Assembly (NCBI GenBank): GCA_001179505.1
Contig: CDMY01001019.1
Span: 162,888 to 226,887, forward strand
From: Vitrella brassicaformis CCMP3155
Taxonomy: Eukaryota > Protista > Chromerida
Length of the DNA: 64,000 nucleotides
Direction: 5' to 3'
Shown: positions 1 to 13,537 of the stretch, in pieces
Position numbering within the stretch: position 1 is the first letter of the stretch
Layout of the letters: each line of letters begins with the position of its first letter
Translations under genes and position numbers: made by a program
The notes under the pieces: model-generated
Seen by the model: only the letters and a program-made list of their open reading frames with translations
The model's database searches: none
What the model was told of the DNA's origin: nothing

Positions 1-45
1 GACCTGGGCCCGCTGCAGACGCCACCGCGGCGCAAGAAGGGGGGC

Positions 46-2878
46 ATGAACGGGGCTGGGGCTGGTGGTGGCGGTGGTGGTGGTGGTGAGGACAGCGATG
101 ACATGTTGCTGCCTGCTGTGGATATAGTGAGTCGGCATTCGTCTCCGGGCGGGTCGAGCTCCCGTCGGTCGCCAGGCGACCCCCTGGGCGATGTGGCGGA
201 GTGGGACAGCTTACTGGCGCGACAAACGTCGACCGAGCGTGCGAGAGGCGGGCCGGACGGCAGTGCCACCCACACGAGGCCGCGCCAGAGGACGTCGGGG
301 GGAGGCAGGAGCAAGGAGGACTCCCTGTCGATGTCGCAGTCGTGCTCGTTGCTGGACAGTGAGGACTTCCTATCCCCCGACCCGCAGGCCATCGCGTCCG
401 ACAACTCTTTGAGCTTCAGCGTGAGCCAGCCGCACGCGTCACCCGACCGCGTGAGAGACCTAGAGGACTCCTTCTCCTCAGCCACCTCGCCAGTCCCCGA
501 GCGCAAGACCGAAAGCGCACATTCGGCCATCCGTGGAGGGCGTGACCCTCTATCCCGGTCACGATCGCCGAGGCTGCGACCGCTGCAGAAGGCGGGCACT
601 GTGGACGGCGCTGATGGGCACCGGGAGGGTGTCACCCCGTCCCCCCCACCCAGGGCACCAGCCAAGCTCCCGCACACACCGCAGGGTCGGCCCCGCCCCC
701 CCGTGAGCCCCCGAAGCCCTCACCCGTCGGGCGCCTCGTCAGCCCCTGCATCCCGTCATGGGAGTCGCCCGCGCCCTCTCGACCGTGACACCAGTCGGCC
801 GTCGTCTCGCCAGCGGCTGGCCGAGTCTCGCCAAGGGGGCTACGAGCTGTTTGTGCAGGCGCCAGATGAGGAGGGGGAGAGGTCCGCCGGGGCAGGGGAT
901 GCCACTGGTGAGCGTCGCGACAGTGGGTCCAACGTGACGTCGCATCGCGAGTGGGTAGCTGCTCGGCAGGGGGCGTTCGACAGCCATCGTGGTGGGGGCA
1001 GGAGGCGCCCACCACGGATCGGCGAAGTAGACGAGGAGGAGGAGGAGGAGGAGGAGGTCGAGGCAGCAGAGGGCAGTGAGAGCGACGAATCGCTTGGCGG
1101 CGTCAACCTGGAGGACTCCAGCACCAAGTTCGAGGACCTGCCCCCGCCCTCCATCATGCGGTCCGGCACGCAGCAGTATGTCCACGAGCAGCAGAAAGCG
1201 ACCGCAAGACGTCCTGGTACGACTCCCGGCATGATTGGTGGCGGCAGCAGGGGGGGAGCAGGCGTCGCGTCGCCCCCGGGCAGCCCGCATTCGCCTGTGG
1301 AGGGATCGAGTGTGCGTTGGATTCGCGGAGGTGTGATAGGTCAGGGCCAGCTGGGCAGGGTGTATGAGGGCATGGAGGTGCGGACGGGTCGGCGGATAGC
1401 GGTCAAGGAGTTGCTGGTGGACGAGGCAGCCGACAAGAAGTTCATCGACCAGCACATGCATGAGATCAACCTCTACCAGGAGCTCAGACATGAACACATC
1501 GTCTCATACCTTGGTGAGTTAATCAGGGAGGGAGGGAGGGACGGAGGGAGTGACGCACAGAGAGACGCGAGCAGGAGGGATACACCCACCTACCTGTGAA
1601 TGTGACCAATATGGCCCACGTGGATGCAGGCCACGACAAGATCGACGGCTGCGTGTACATTTACATGGAGTTCATGCCGGGGGGGTCGCTGGCACAGATG
1701 CTGACGCGCTTCGGTGCATTTGAGGAGGAGACCATCGCAACCTACACACGACACGTACTCGAGGGGCTCAAATACCTGCACGACAGAAACATCATGCACA
1801 GGTAGGTGGGCGGGCACAGGTGGGTGGGTGCGATTTGTCTGTCATATGATATATATATGTCAACCACCGACAGACAGACAGACACAGACAGACACAGACA
1901 GACAGGCGCAAGCACGAGACAGATGGACTGGATTGATGGCTGGATGTATGTGTGTGTATTGTCATAATGTGTCATGTCACGTCAGAGATGTCAAGGGCGG
2001 CAACATCCTCGTCGACACTGAGGGCAACGCCAAGCTGGCCGACTTCGGCTGCTCCAGGAAAGCCGAACGGTCGATGGCAACCACCATCAAAGGTCGGTAC
2101 ACGCACCCCCACACCCCGACATCTGTTCCTTCCCTCCCTTCCACCCACCCGACCAACATCTGTCTGTAATGCATTCAATGGCATGACACAGGTACCCTGC
2201 CGTGGACGGCTCCGGAGGTGATTCACCAGAAGGGTTACGGGCGCAAGGCGGACATCTGGTCACTTGGGGGTGTGGTGGTCGAGATGGCCCAGGCCCACCA
2301 CCCATGGGACTCGTTCGACAACCAGATGGCCGCTATGCTCAAGATCGGATTCTCACAGGAGACACCCAACATACCCAAACACCTCTCACACGTAGCTAAG
2401 GTACCCACACACACACACAGACAGACAGACAGACGTGCTGAGGTCATCTTTTCATTTCTTGCCTGCCTGATTCATTCAGGATTTCTTGGAGCGTTGTTTC
2501 CAGCGCGACCCCGACCGTCGCTCCACGGCCGAGGATCTGCTGACGCACCCCTTTATCACGCGACGCCTCGACGACCCCCTGCCGCCACCCATCCCGCCAT
2601 CACAACCCTCTTCACCCACCGACCCACAGCCCCCGCAACTTCCCGGCCACCAACAGCAACCCGAGGCCCCTGCTGCTGCTGCTGCTAGTCCATCCGATGG
2701 TGAGGGCGGCGGTGCAAGTGGGCTGTGGTGGACCCGGCTCCCAAGCAAACTGGCAGAAGCCGGTGGGGCCAGCAACAACGCTGCTGCTGCTGCTGATGCG
2801 GGTGATGCGGGTGATGGTGGTGCGGACAGAGGATGGTCGGGCGAAGGGTCAGATGGATGCACGGGGGGCGCGTCGTAG
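46..2878 (+). CDS. STE11/MEKK-type MAP3K Ser/Thr kinase with long low-complexity N-terminus (5 exons)
   Basis: Exons ~46-1513, 1630-1801, 1986-2092, 2193-2400, 2481-2878 with GT-AG junctions. Motifs: [93 protein letters not shown]. HRDxKGxN is typical of STE11/MEKK. Confidence 0.9.
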
Positions 2879-3654
2879 CTGCAAGGAAGCAAGAAAGGAA
2901 AGACACTGACCCCAACGAATGAATGGATGTGTACAGACAAACGGTCTGAGGGCAGATGGGGGGCAGACAGACAGTTGTCAACTGAGTCACAATTTGTTGG
3001 TTGGGGTGGGTGCACGTCATCAATCGTGTGTTCGTGAATCAATCGCGCCCCTGTCTGGTCGCTCATCTGCAGTCCGTCTCTCTGGTCCGATCCACCCTTG
3101 CTGCTCTCTTCTTTGACGCTTCCTTCTTTTTGAGACGAACGACGGACCAGACAGACAGACAGGGAGGAGGGAGGGAGGGAGGGCATTGGCTCGGTTGAAT
3201 GCGCTGTCTGGTGCGGATGGATGGATGAATTGCATTGCATGCCGCCGACCAGCCAGAGAAGATGGCAAGCGCGTGCCCATGCCCCATTTTGCTCACTTGG
3301 GAGGGCTCAATCGCGCGTGTGGTGGGTGGGTGTATGTGGTCACTCACGCCTCTCGATGATTGACTGACACTTGTTGGTGTTCGTTATTTGCAAACAAACA
3401 ATTGCGTGCGTGTCTGCGCGGCGTGTGTCGTGTCGTGTCTGTGTCCTGTCGTGTGGTGTGGTGGTTGTCGCGTGGCGTGTGTAAATACATACGTTAGTTA
3501 ACTCAAGCAACGAGTGGGCGAACGCGAGTCCGATTTGATGCCGACAGGTGCAGACAAACGGGATGTAGCCATCGACGCGCGCACCTCACCTCCCCCAGCC
3601 CAGCCAGTGAGAGGGAGAGTGAGAGAGGCAGTATGCATTATATGCAGAGAGTGA

Positions 3655-4121
3655 TCAACCTCCGCTACTGTCGCTCTGGTTGCTTTGCTTGTGTTGTTTC
3701 TTGTGCTGTAGTATCATCTTCCACACTTGATGCCGCTCCTCGCTCCGCAAATCAGACACCTTCACCACACTCACATGGCTGCACACACACACACGCACTT
3801 TCTCTGTCTTTGCCGATGGTGCGTCTGTCTGTCTGTCTGTCTGTGCGCGTACGTCTGGTTGGGGCAGTTTCTCTTGAGCATGACGTATCCGTGGTACAGC
3901 CGCCAAAGCGTCGGACATGAGTACTCCACCGGCTCCACCAAACCCCTCACTATCTCCTTCTGACCTCCACATCCCCGCCAACACACAACTCACAATTCGC
4001 AATGCAATGAACACGTACGTCCCCGGCTTGAGCCGACAGATCTCACCTTGCACACAGTGCACATCTTGGTGGCTTTCCACTTGAACACACGCCTCTCGAG
4101 GAAGGCCTCCACCTCATCCAT
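3655..4121 (-). CDS. Small hypothetical protein (~97 aa, 3 exons) with CxxC
   Basis: Spliced reading MDEVEAFLERRVFKWKATKMCTVCK|EIVRGLVEPVEYSCPTLWRLYHGYVMLKRNCPNQ|..VVKVSDLRSEERHQVWKMILQHKKQHK..GG*; strong donor AAG|GTGAGA; head-to-head with the NPC1-like gene. No family recognised. Confidence 0.55.
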
Positions 4122-4314
4122 CTGAGGGGCGCCATGACTCAAGGCCCACTCGGGATGAGGCCGCGGTGGTCCTGCTCCTCCTGACGGACGTGCTGCTGAT
4201 GGTGGTGCAGTTGGCGCAGCAGCGGATGACAGCAGCCTCCTGCAGAGGGGGATTCGACGCGCAGCGTGTGATAACGAGCAAGACAGCATTCCCCAGCCCG
4301 TTAGGTTTCGCGCC

Positions 4315-4335
4315 AAACCCTGAACCCTAACCCCT
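4315..4335. promoter_or_regulatory. Telobox-like (AAACCCT/AACCCTAA) cluster in bidirectional promoter
   Basis: aaaccctgaaccctaacccct lies between two divergent genes. Confidence 0.3.
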
Positions 4336-4549
4336 ATCCTGAGAGAGAAACCCAAGACAGAACTCCCCTTCCCGAATACATACAATCGCACCGCAGCAAC
4401 GCGAGCGCGCCTAACTGAACTCAAGGATCTCTCTCGCGGCCAGATAGGACCTTCCCCGCAGCAGCGCCGCTCGCTGACACGACGACAGACGACAGACTGA
4501 AGCCAGCAGCGCACAGCCGCATGGAGGCAGCCTGACAGCCCCTCCGTTG

Positions 4550-7500
4550 ATGAGACCATCGCAGCCACTCGATATGAGTAAATCGCAGCCGAGTCCGTCA
4601 GCCCCGAGAGCGTCTCAGTTCCTGCCGATGGACGCCAGCTTGGCTGATCCGCATCACTGCGAGGCCTCTGCCACGCCGTCGAAGCGGACGAGAGGGCGGG
4701 AGAGGGACAGGGGGAGGGAGAGGGGGAGGGGAGGGGCCTGGTGCGATTTGATCGGGCGCAAGCAGCGCCTGCTGGAGGCCATCGACTCGTTTTTCTATCG
4801 CTATACGACCTTTGTGTTCGACCATCCCTGCTGGGTCAGTGAGTGAGTTGAGTGACCGCACACGCACACAATATGTGCCACGTGCATGTGGGTGGCACAG
4901 ACAGCACAGAGGGGGACTGGCTGGACTGTGTGAGTATGTTGTGTGTGTGTCAGTTCCTGTGGGTGCCGGTGGTGGCGTGCGCGCTGATGGGTATGGGTCT
5001 GCTCCGCTACAACCCCAACACCGACCCACTCGCCCTCTACGCCATCCCCAACTCACAGGCCATACACGTACGTTACGTATCCACCCACTCTCACGGAGGA
5101 TGGATGAGAAATACAACAAACAAACACATTGATCGCATCGCACACATGGCTGTCTGTCCCTCCCTCCCCTTCCCTCCCCTCCCCTCCCTCCCGCCCCTGA
5201 TCGATTTGATCAGGATTGGGACATTCTGACGACCACCTTCGAGGGCTGGCCTCGGTTCGCCTACTTGATAGTCGACAAGGACCCCTCATCGGACCGCAGC
5301 GACCGCACCCACCCACTGGTGCACCCGGACACCCTGCAGGCACTGGCAGACCTGCGCGGCAAGATAGAGTCGATCCGCGTTGAGGTGGACGGCCGCGAAT
5401 ACGGCCTGGAGCACGTGTGTGTGCAGGATGGCACCAAGCTCTGCCAGCATGAGAGCGTCCTGGAGTTCTTCCCCACCGGTCAGTCAGTCAGTCAGTCAGA
5501 GAGAGAGCGAGAGAGAGGTGCATGGGTCTTATTTGCCTGTTTGTTTAATCGATGGATGGCTGGATGGATCGTTGTGCGTGCATGTGCAGGCGACTACAAT
5601 CGGTCGATCCTTTACCCCAACCACCTGGCTCTGCGCAAGGGCAGCGGTGCGTTCGTCCGGTGGCCGGTCGATCTGATGGTCGGCGGGGTGACGCCCACGC
5701 CAGACGGAAGAAAAGTCGAATCAGCAGAGGGTACACACAGGCCAGCCTCCATACCTCTCACCCATAATCGGGATGTGTACCTTCCGGTGCTCTCTCTGCG
5801 TGTCAGCCTTTTTGTTCCGTTGGGCGTTGCAGGACTACGGGGGCCACGCCATCGAGGCCGCGACGACCCCAGTGCAGCGGGCGACCGTAGCCTGGGAGAA
5901 GGAATTCATCGCAGTGGTGGAGGAGGAGAAGGAAAAGCTGAGGGATGAGCGGGGCGTGAGGGTCCACCACATCGCTCGACGATCCATCGGTGGGCACACC
6001 AAACCCACCGCAACCAACACATATATATGAGAGAGGGGAGGGAGAGGCAGGCATTGATTTCATTCGTCCATTCATTCATCCGTGTGTGCAGTTGACGAGT
6101 TGGAGAAGTCGACGACGCTTGGTTTGTATGACTACGTGCGCTACCTCATCGGCGGCATCATCATCTTCACCTACTGCATGCTCGTCAGCTGCTCCACGGA
6201 CATCTACAAAGCAAAGTACACACACAAACCGACACACAACAAACACACCACACCCCTCGTCCCTCCGCTTCTCGCCACACACACAGGCCCGTGTCGGCCT
6301 TTTTCGGTTGTGGCGCGGCTGTGTTGGGATTTCTGTTCGGTGCGGGTGTGTGTTACGCTTTGGGCCTAACCCACGTGCCGCCGACGGAGGCCACTCCGTT
6401 CCTGTGCATGGGTATCGGTGTGGACGACATGTTCGTCATCTTCAACAGCTATGCCCTGGCAGCCAAAATCAGCGACCCACGAAGACGGGTGGCTCTCGCT
6501 GTCAAGGACTGCGGTAAGGGAGAGCGGCGGCGGGTGAGTGGCGAGGGACGGACGTCGATTATGTGTCCTGGGTGTGTGGCTGCCGCAGGCATATCGATCA
6601 CAATCACGACTCTGACAAACCTGATATCGTTCATTGTGGGTGCGACGTCGCCGTACCTCGCTATCAGCAACTTCTGCATCGTCACCGCCATGTCTCTGCT
6701 GCTGGTACGGACTCATGTAGATAGACATATAACCCATCCACTCACCCACCCACCATGTGACTGACACCTGCTCCATGCTGTGTTGTGTTGTGTTGTGTGT
6801 CATGTGTGTATGGGATGGACGCAGGGGTACTTCTGCGTCTTGACCTTCTTCCTGGCGGCCGTGTGCATCGACGCCGAGAGGGAGCACTGCAAGCTGTCCT
6901 TCATCGAGGCCTACTGGCCACCCGCCAGGACAAGAAGGAGGAGAGCCAGGGTCGCTGCAACAGCAAAAACAACACCAGCACAGCAGCAGCAGCAGCAGCA
7001 GCCACCCAAGTCTCCATACGCCGCCCCTTCCCCAGCAGGGAAGGAGGGCCCTTCACCGTTTTCGCCATCGCCCGCCAGCACGGCCGCATCGTCTCTGCGC
7101 AATGTTGCCTCGCGCGACGCGTGCAGGGGGGGCGCAGAGAGCGACGCTGTTGACGACGAGGGTAAGTCTGTGCATACATGTCACGTCTGGGGGGCTTCTC
7201 TCTCTGCAGACATTGGTTCAATCATTCACTCATGCTGGTCGATGTGTCGGGATGTGATGCGATCGTGTGCGCGCAGCGAATCTGTCGACCTTCGAGCTGG
7301 TTGCCAAGCAGCTCTACCATCAGGAGCAGACCATCAAACAGAGAAGACAGCAGCAGCAGCAGCGGCAAGAGCCATTGCCACAGCACCAACCGCCGGCACA
7401 GCCACCGCAGCCAAGGGAGGGTTCGTGTCGCGAGGCGGTGTTCAGGCCTCGGCTGGCGTACCCGAGTGCGTATCCGTATGAGCGTGGTAGCGAGGGCACT

Positions 7501-10101
7501 GGCGAGCAGAAGGGGACAATCGGCAGGTGGTTCAGGTGGCTCTTCCGGCGGGGCTGGGGCAGGATGGTCACCATACCTTTTGTACAGGTACGGAGGGAGG
7601 CCAGCGAGGGCAGGGCAGGGCAGGTCACCAAGCAACCAGCGATCGATTCCCTCAAATGGACATTTGAATGAGTCAGTTGTAGGTGTTGCGTGACTGTGTC
7701 TGTGTGTGTGTGTGTGTGTGTGTGTAGGCAATGGTGTTGCTGGTGATGTGCGTGTACTGGAGTGCGTCCTACTGGGGCATCCACGAGATGAGCGCCGGGC
7801 TGAACCTCCTGGAACTCACCCCCTTCAACTCATACTATCGGGTACCTCCCTCCGTACCTCCATACACACATACATACATCACCTGAGCGTACCGACGTCA
7901 ATGTCCTTCATTTGTGTGTGCTCTGCTGTCTGTGCTGTGCTGTGTGAATCCATGTGTACATGTGTGTAGGATTTTTGGCAGCAGTATTTCGCCAGCTTCC
8001 CGTCCTATGGCGAGGACGTCTTTGTGGTCTTCCCCCACCAAACGCAGTGGTGGCGAAAAGACGTCAGGGTCAGTGAGACACACACATACACACATGCACA
8101 CAAACCTACCGACCAACCGACACATGAGACTCACACGCATGTGTGGTGTGCATGGCATGGCTGTGTCTACTTACTTGGTGTATGTGTGTGTATGCGAATG
8201 TGTGTGTACGCAGGAGGCGTATATGGCATTGGAAGGTCGCGTCCGCAACGGCACCTATGCGTCCGACATGATCTTCAGCGGCATGTACGAGTTCTACAGC
8301 CGCACAAGCCAGGAGACCCTCGACGCGATGGAAGACGACCCAGCTCGATTCAACCGCACGTACGCCCACACGCACGCCCCTCTGCGCCGCCGCCCACTCC
8401 CTCCTTCACACCCCCACCATACAATCAATGGACTCACTCTCCTCTCGTGTCTGTCAGGCTGTCGAGATGGCTGGATCGGTCACAGTATCAGATCCTCAGG
8501 AGCGACTTCGTCTTCGACGCTGGTATGGATGGATGGATGGATGGATGTGTTTACGCAGACGAACGTATCTGCAAATGTCTGCCCTCCATATGTGTGTGAT
8601 CAGATGGTCTGCAGCACTACCGATTCCGCTTCTTCGCGCGGCAGAGGATCCCTGGGGCCGACCTGGTGGAGGGCAGCCGACACGACTGCAAACAGGCAGA
8701 GCAGGACACGGGTACGCACACGCACCTGAGCACCTGAGGGCCTCAGGGCTCCAAGACACTCACACCGCACTCTCTGGTGTGTGTCCACCATCCATCCATC
8801 CATCCGTATGTGTGTGTGGGCGTGCAGGTGGGCTGCTGCGTTGTTTTCCGTATGCGGACATGTTCCCCTACTACGAGAGCGACATCTCCATCCTGGAAGA
8901 CACACTCAGGAGCCTCGGATACGCACTCATCGCCGTCATGATCGTACGCTCGCTGACGATACGATACACACATGACATGCACACACAGAGACACAGAGCG
9001 AGAGCGAGAGAGGGGGGGGGGCGGAATGCATTCACTCACGTGTGGACTGTGGTGCCTGGCTGCAGGTGTCGACGTTCCTGATGCGGCATTGGCGGAGTTG
9101 GCTGTTGGTCATGTGCATGCTGGTGTCCATCGACGTGGGGCTCTTCGGCTTCATGTACCACTGGGACCTGCAGCTCAACATGATCACCATGGTCACACTC
9201 ATACTCGCCATCGGTACGTACGGCCGGCACAACACAACACTACACCCTCACCACCCCTTCACACACACAGACAGACATGTGGGCGCCTGCGTGTGTGTGT
9301 TGTGTGTCCATTCAGGTTTCTCTGTGGACTCGACCACTCACATTGCGCATACCTTTGGCCACGCCGTTGGGCCAACAAGGTCCCACAGGTGCGCTTCGAT
9401 ATACATACCTGGGATGACATCTGGAGTCTGAGAGGCCCACTGGGGCGATGTGTTGTGTTGTGTTGTGTTGTGTTGTGTTGCAGGGCGGCTGAGACACTGG
9501 TGCTGATGGGCAATCCTGTGTTCCACGGCTCTTTTTCGACATTTCTGGCCATGCTGATCATCCTCACTATGGACAGCTACATATTCGTCATCTTCTTCAG
9601 AATGATGACACTCGTAAGACTCACACAGACAGACAGACAGACAGACAGGCAGGCAGAACGGCGAGTCATGAGAGCCACAGCCTCCCACCCACCCAGCCAC
9701 CCACTGCTGCACCCACCCATCGGTGTGTGCAGGTGCTGTCTCTGGGGATGTGCCACGGCCTGCTCCTGCTGCCTGTGCTGCTGATATTCGTCGGCCCCTT
9801 CGACCCATACGTCCCCTCGCCCCTTCGCACCCGCATAGCCGCCACCAGCACCACCGGCAAGGGAGCCATGACACTCTCCCTACCGGCCACCACCACCGCC
9901 GCTATCAGCAGCAGCAACAATGGTAATGTGGCGATCAAGGTGACGCCCCCCGGTTGTCAGGCTGGTGGTGCAGGCCCCCAGGGTCAGGTCGAGACGTGTT
10001 GTGAGACCAACGTCGAGGAGAGCACCAGCTACGACGAGGTGCCTTCCAACAATGGGGGCTCCTCCAGGGAATCCAGGGAGGAGAGCAGCAATTCCGTGTG
10101 A
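4550..10101 (+). CDS. Patched/NPC1-related RND-family sterol-sensing-domain membrane protein (NCR1-like), >20 exons
   Basis: SSD motifs PFLCMGIGVDDMFVIFNSY and GISITITTLTNLISFIVGAT; second-half motifs FPYYESD, LLVMCMLVSIDVGLFGFMYHWDLQLNMITMVTLILAIGFSVDSTTHIAHTF, GNPVFHGSFSTFLAM, LGMCHGLLLLPVLL; stop at 10099-10101. N-terminal TM with no NPC1 NTD, as in apicomplexan NCR1. Confidence 0.9.
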
Positions 10102-11384
10102 GCGGTGGGTGTGCCGTGGTGGATGGATGAATGGATGGACGGTGTATGATGGCAGCTGTCGAGAGCTTGCGTGTATGCATTCTGTGTGAGGCGCCGGTCG
10201 GTCTGTCTGTCTGTCAGCAAGGCAGTCAGCCAGTTAGCCACTGAGTCGATGCTGGTGGTGTCGTCGTTAGTTTCTGAGCCGTGTGTGTCGTGCATGCCTG
10301 CATCCCTGGCTGTCTGCCTGGATGGATGGATGGATGGAGGCCTCCCCCCGGCCAGTCTAGTCTAGTTGGTGCCTTTGCTGCGACCGACCGACCGAGGTAC
10401 CGACCGACTCTACTGGGCTCGCTCCTGACGCATTTTTGTCCTGTTATGTACCCAACACACACGAGTGTGTGTGTCCTGTGTTGCCTTGTGTTCAGCCTTG
10501 TCGTGGGTTGTGTTGTGTTGTGGGTTGTGTACGTATTTATATACACAGCAGGTAGGTGTTAGGTCGCAAAGAGATAGATAGACAGATGGAGGGACGGACA
10601 GCAAGAGGAAGGAAGGCTTTTGTACAGACAGACCTGCAGAGGCAGATGGGATGGCTGGCTGAATGGACGGAGGAGGCAGGGAGGCAGCGAGGGAAGGTCG
10701 AGACGACCCATCCATGGAGACATACATGTGCGTGGATTTGCTTTTTGCTTTTCCTCCTGTCTGTTTTCATGGCATGTGTGCCTCATGGGGCTGGCTTAGC
10801 AAGGACTGGATGGATGGATAGATGGATGTCGTCTGCCTGCCTGCCTGCCTGCCTATCAGGCCCATCCGTCATACTAACAGACTTATTGTGTATATCTTTT
10901 TGATTGGGGCGATTAATCGAGGCGGCCCGCCTGACGGATGCAGATGGATGTAGTATGCGTCCATGCATCCGACCCGCCGGCCGGCCGATGACGTAAGCAG
11001 AAAGGCACATCGTGTGCCTGCCTGCCTGCCTGGCTATGTGTGCGTGTGTGTTTGTATGTGGTTTTGGAGGGGCCTGAAGAGGAAACGAGCAAGGAAGGGC
11101 CATGCCATGGGCTGGGTGGGCTGGGCTGGGGTGGTGTGGGGTGGAAGTGCATTCGTACCTTCTTGCATGGTGCGATGGATGGATGCTGTGGATGGATGGA
11201 CCTGTGTGTGTGTGTGTGTGTGTGTGTGGCCATCTGTCAAATAAATGTCGTATTTATGAACCACCACCCAACTTACCACGCAGCTAATGTGAGTGAGTGA
11301 GCCCGTTGATAGATAAAGGGCTTCTCTACTCTACTTACATCGTCAGTCAGTCACCGAGCAGAAAACCTGTGTTGGCTTCCGCCT

Positions 11385-11950
11385 TCACTGCGGCGTCTGC
11401 CCGGCTGGGTACGGGGCAAACACGTCTGTCTCCAGCAGAGATGTCTGCACACGCTTGTTGATCTGCCGCTTGGCCCACACCTCGCCTGCATCAACCAAGC
11501 TCTGCTTCTCTCTCTCTCTGCTTGCTCTCTGATCTGCCTGTAGGAGTCGCCCTCTCACCCCTTCCTGACCTTGAGTGTTTGTTGGCGGGCGTCCTTCGCA
11601 GCAGGACAGCGTCACGTGGGCGATGCCCATGGGCGGTGAATTGAGGGACGAATTCCATAGGGTACACCATCGACAAACACCACTGCACGTGCACATGCAG
11701 CACACACAGCACAATGGGAAAGAACACTGATGCCCACGAGTGTAATCGTGCAGTGTGCATGGCATCATACGTACCGCAAGGTCTCGGACAAAGGCGACTG
11801 ACTGGTCCAGGCCCCAGGGCCGCCTAAATCAGTGGGATCAGTCGCTGCAGGAGCTGCAGTGCGTGGCCATCGATATCCGTATTGAGTCCCCCCATGCAGT
11901 AGTCCTTGTGGCCGGAATCGAAGAATGTCCTCAGGCGATATATCAGTGAA
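11385..11950 (-). CDS. Possible hypothetical spliced gene (start not identified)
   Basis: Frame-consistent splicing ..SETLR|GVCRW..QGQEG|SLVDAGEVWAKRQINKRVQTSLLETDVFAPYP..* with canonical GT-AG; no ATG found upstream (the ORF track start is TTG). Confidence 0.3.
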
Positions 11951-12046
11951 GAGGGATCCTTTTTTGTATACTAGGTAATTTACAAGCAATCTCTGCTGCG
12001 ATCGCTTCTTGGCCGCCAAAGCTATTGATAGCGAGTTTTGGCAGCG

Positions 12047-12497
12047 ATGACGAGTTTCGTTGCGCCCCTCATCGTGGTGGCGTTCGTATCTGCCGCCCTG
12101 GCCGTGGCTGGGCGGGGGGAGTACTGCGAGGGGACAGGCTGCGCAACAGACGGTATGTGGGCACTATGAGCGAGCTCTACGGTGCACACATCACTCCCGG
12201 CCCACATACCGCTGTCCGACCTGCAGGTGCCTCGTTCCTCGCCGGCACTGAGGAGATTCAGACCAACAAGAAGACCATGGCGGCCAATAAGCACGGTGCG
12301 TCTGTATGGATCTGGATGGACACATGGATGGATGGATGGATGTCGTGTGTGTGTCCATCTGCGTGTGCATCTCTCTATGTGTGTGTGCATCTATGTTGTG
12401 TGCAGTCGGCGCGTTGTCGATGCTGCAGGAGAAGATCCGGACCACCAAAGCCTTCATCGAGTCGGCCAACACGCTGGCCCGCTCATCCAGACAATAA
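12047..12497 (+). CDS. Small secreted peptide A (88 aa, 3 exons)
   Basis: Exons 12047-12152, 12227-12295, 12406-12497 (two phase-1 GT-AG introns) give MTSFVAPLIVVAFVSAALAVAGRGEYCEGTGCATDGASFLAGTEEIQTNKKTMAANKHVGALSMLQEKIRTTKAFIESANTLARSSRQ*; hydrophobic signal peptide. Missed by the ORF track. Confidence 0.7.
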
Positions 12498-12756
12498 TGG
12501 CAGGTAACATCGAGAGAGATGTCCACACAGACAGGCTGCAGGCAGGCAGGCAGGCAGACAGAATTGACAACCTGCCTGCCTGCCTGAGAAGGGCGAGGAT
12601 GACGGGAATCTGACCCTCCCCGCCGGCCGGAAATTCGGAGGGGAGGGGAAGGGCGAGAGACCACAGGGTCCTCATGGCCCTCGAGAAAGACTTCCCCTTT
12701 CGCCCTTTGTCGCAGCTGAAGCTCTCTTCTCACCTCCAGAAAGAGGCCGGGCGCTT

Positions 12757-13351
12757 TCAGCAATGGATCCCCAATATATCCGTCGCTGCCCGCAGAGAGA
12801 GACCTGCACACTCGATGTCGTCCAGCAGCAGGAAGCCGCGTGAGTGCCGGTCGAGGGCAGAGAAGGCCCGGAAGGACCGGTCAAACGATGAGATCAGCCG
12901 CCCGACGCCTCACCTGCATGGACGACAGTATGCACTGATCGGTCGGTGAGAGTATCGTTGCTTACGTACGATGGCTCTAAAGACCTCCCGTGAGAGGCCT
13001 GGCGGTTGCTGGTGACTGAGCCCCTCCACCACCCACAAGTGCTGATGCACAGGACCGTACCACACCACACCACCAGCAGCCATACCCGTGCCTTGTTTGT
13101 GTCCATCCATCCTTTTCTGCCGACCCACCTGAATGTCACTTTTGACGAATGGGAAGCCGAACACCGCCAGCAGGGCGCCCTTGAGCTCTGCGCGCGTCAG
13201 CACCCCCTTCGAGCCGTGGTCGAAACGGCAGAAGATCCTATCCACGTCACCATCTCGGCTCCGCCATGATTCGCATGATGAGAGCACCTGAATGAACGAA
13301 ACAATGCCACACACACGACGCACAGAGAGTGACCTGACGGATGATCTGCAT
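12757..13351 (-). CDS. EF-hand protein, EFCAB11-like
   Basis: RIFCRFDHGSKGVLTRAELKGALLAVFGFPFVKSDIQ .. GLSREVFRAIVRKQR .. RAFSALDRHSRGFLLLDDIEC; pattern matches EFCAB11 from memory. Start uncertain; the last EF-hand looks truncated (..ILGIHC*). Confidence 0.65.
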
Positions 13352-13537
13352 CTGTCCTTCATTCAGCTGACCTTTTCGCACCTCGTCAGCAGCTATCGAC
13401 GCCGGCGACGAATGGAAACGCCATTGCTGAAGATTGAGGTGTGCCTGTGAGGATGCTGCAGGCTGCCCAAGGGACAAAGGAGGGAAATCTCCTCCCTCTC
13501 CTCCCTCAATTTCCAAGCTCGTAATTGACGACGGATC

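Noticed and set aside
12001-12030. atcgcttcttggcc resembles the U2 snRNA 5' end
   Set aside because: The match ends after ~14 nt, with no branch-site (GTGTAGTATCTG) or Sm site following. A GTGTAGTATCTGT at ~39483 lies within TBC coding sequence.
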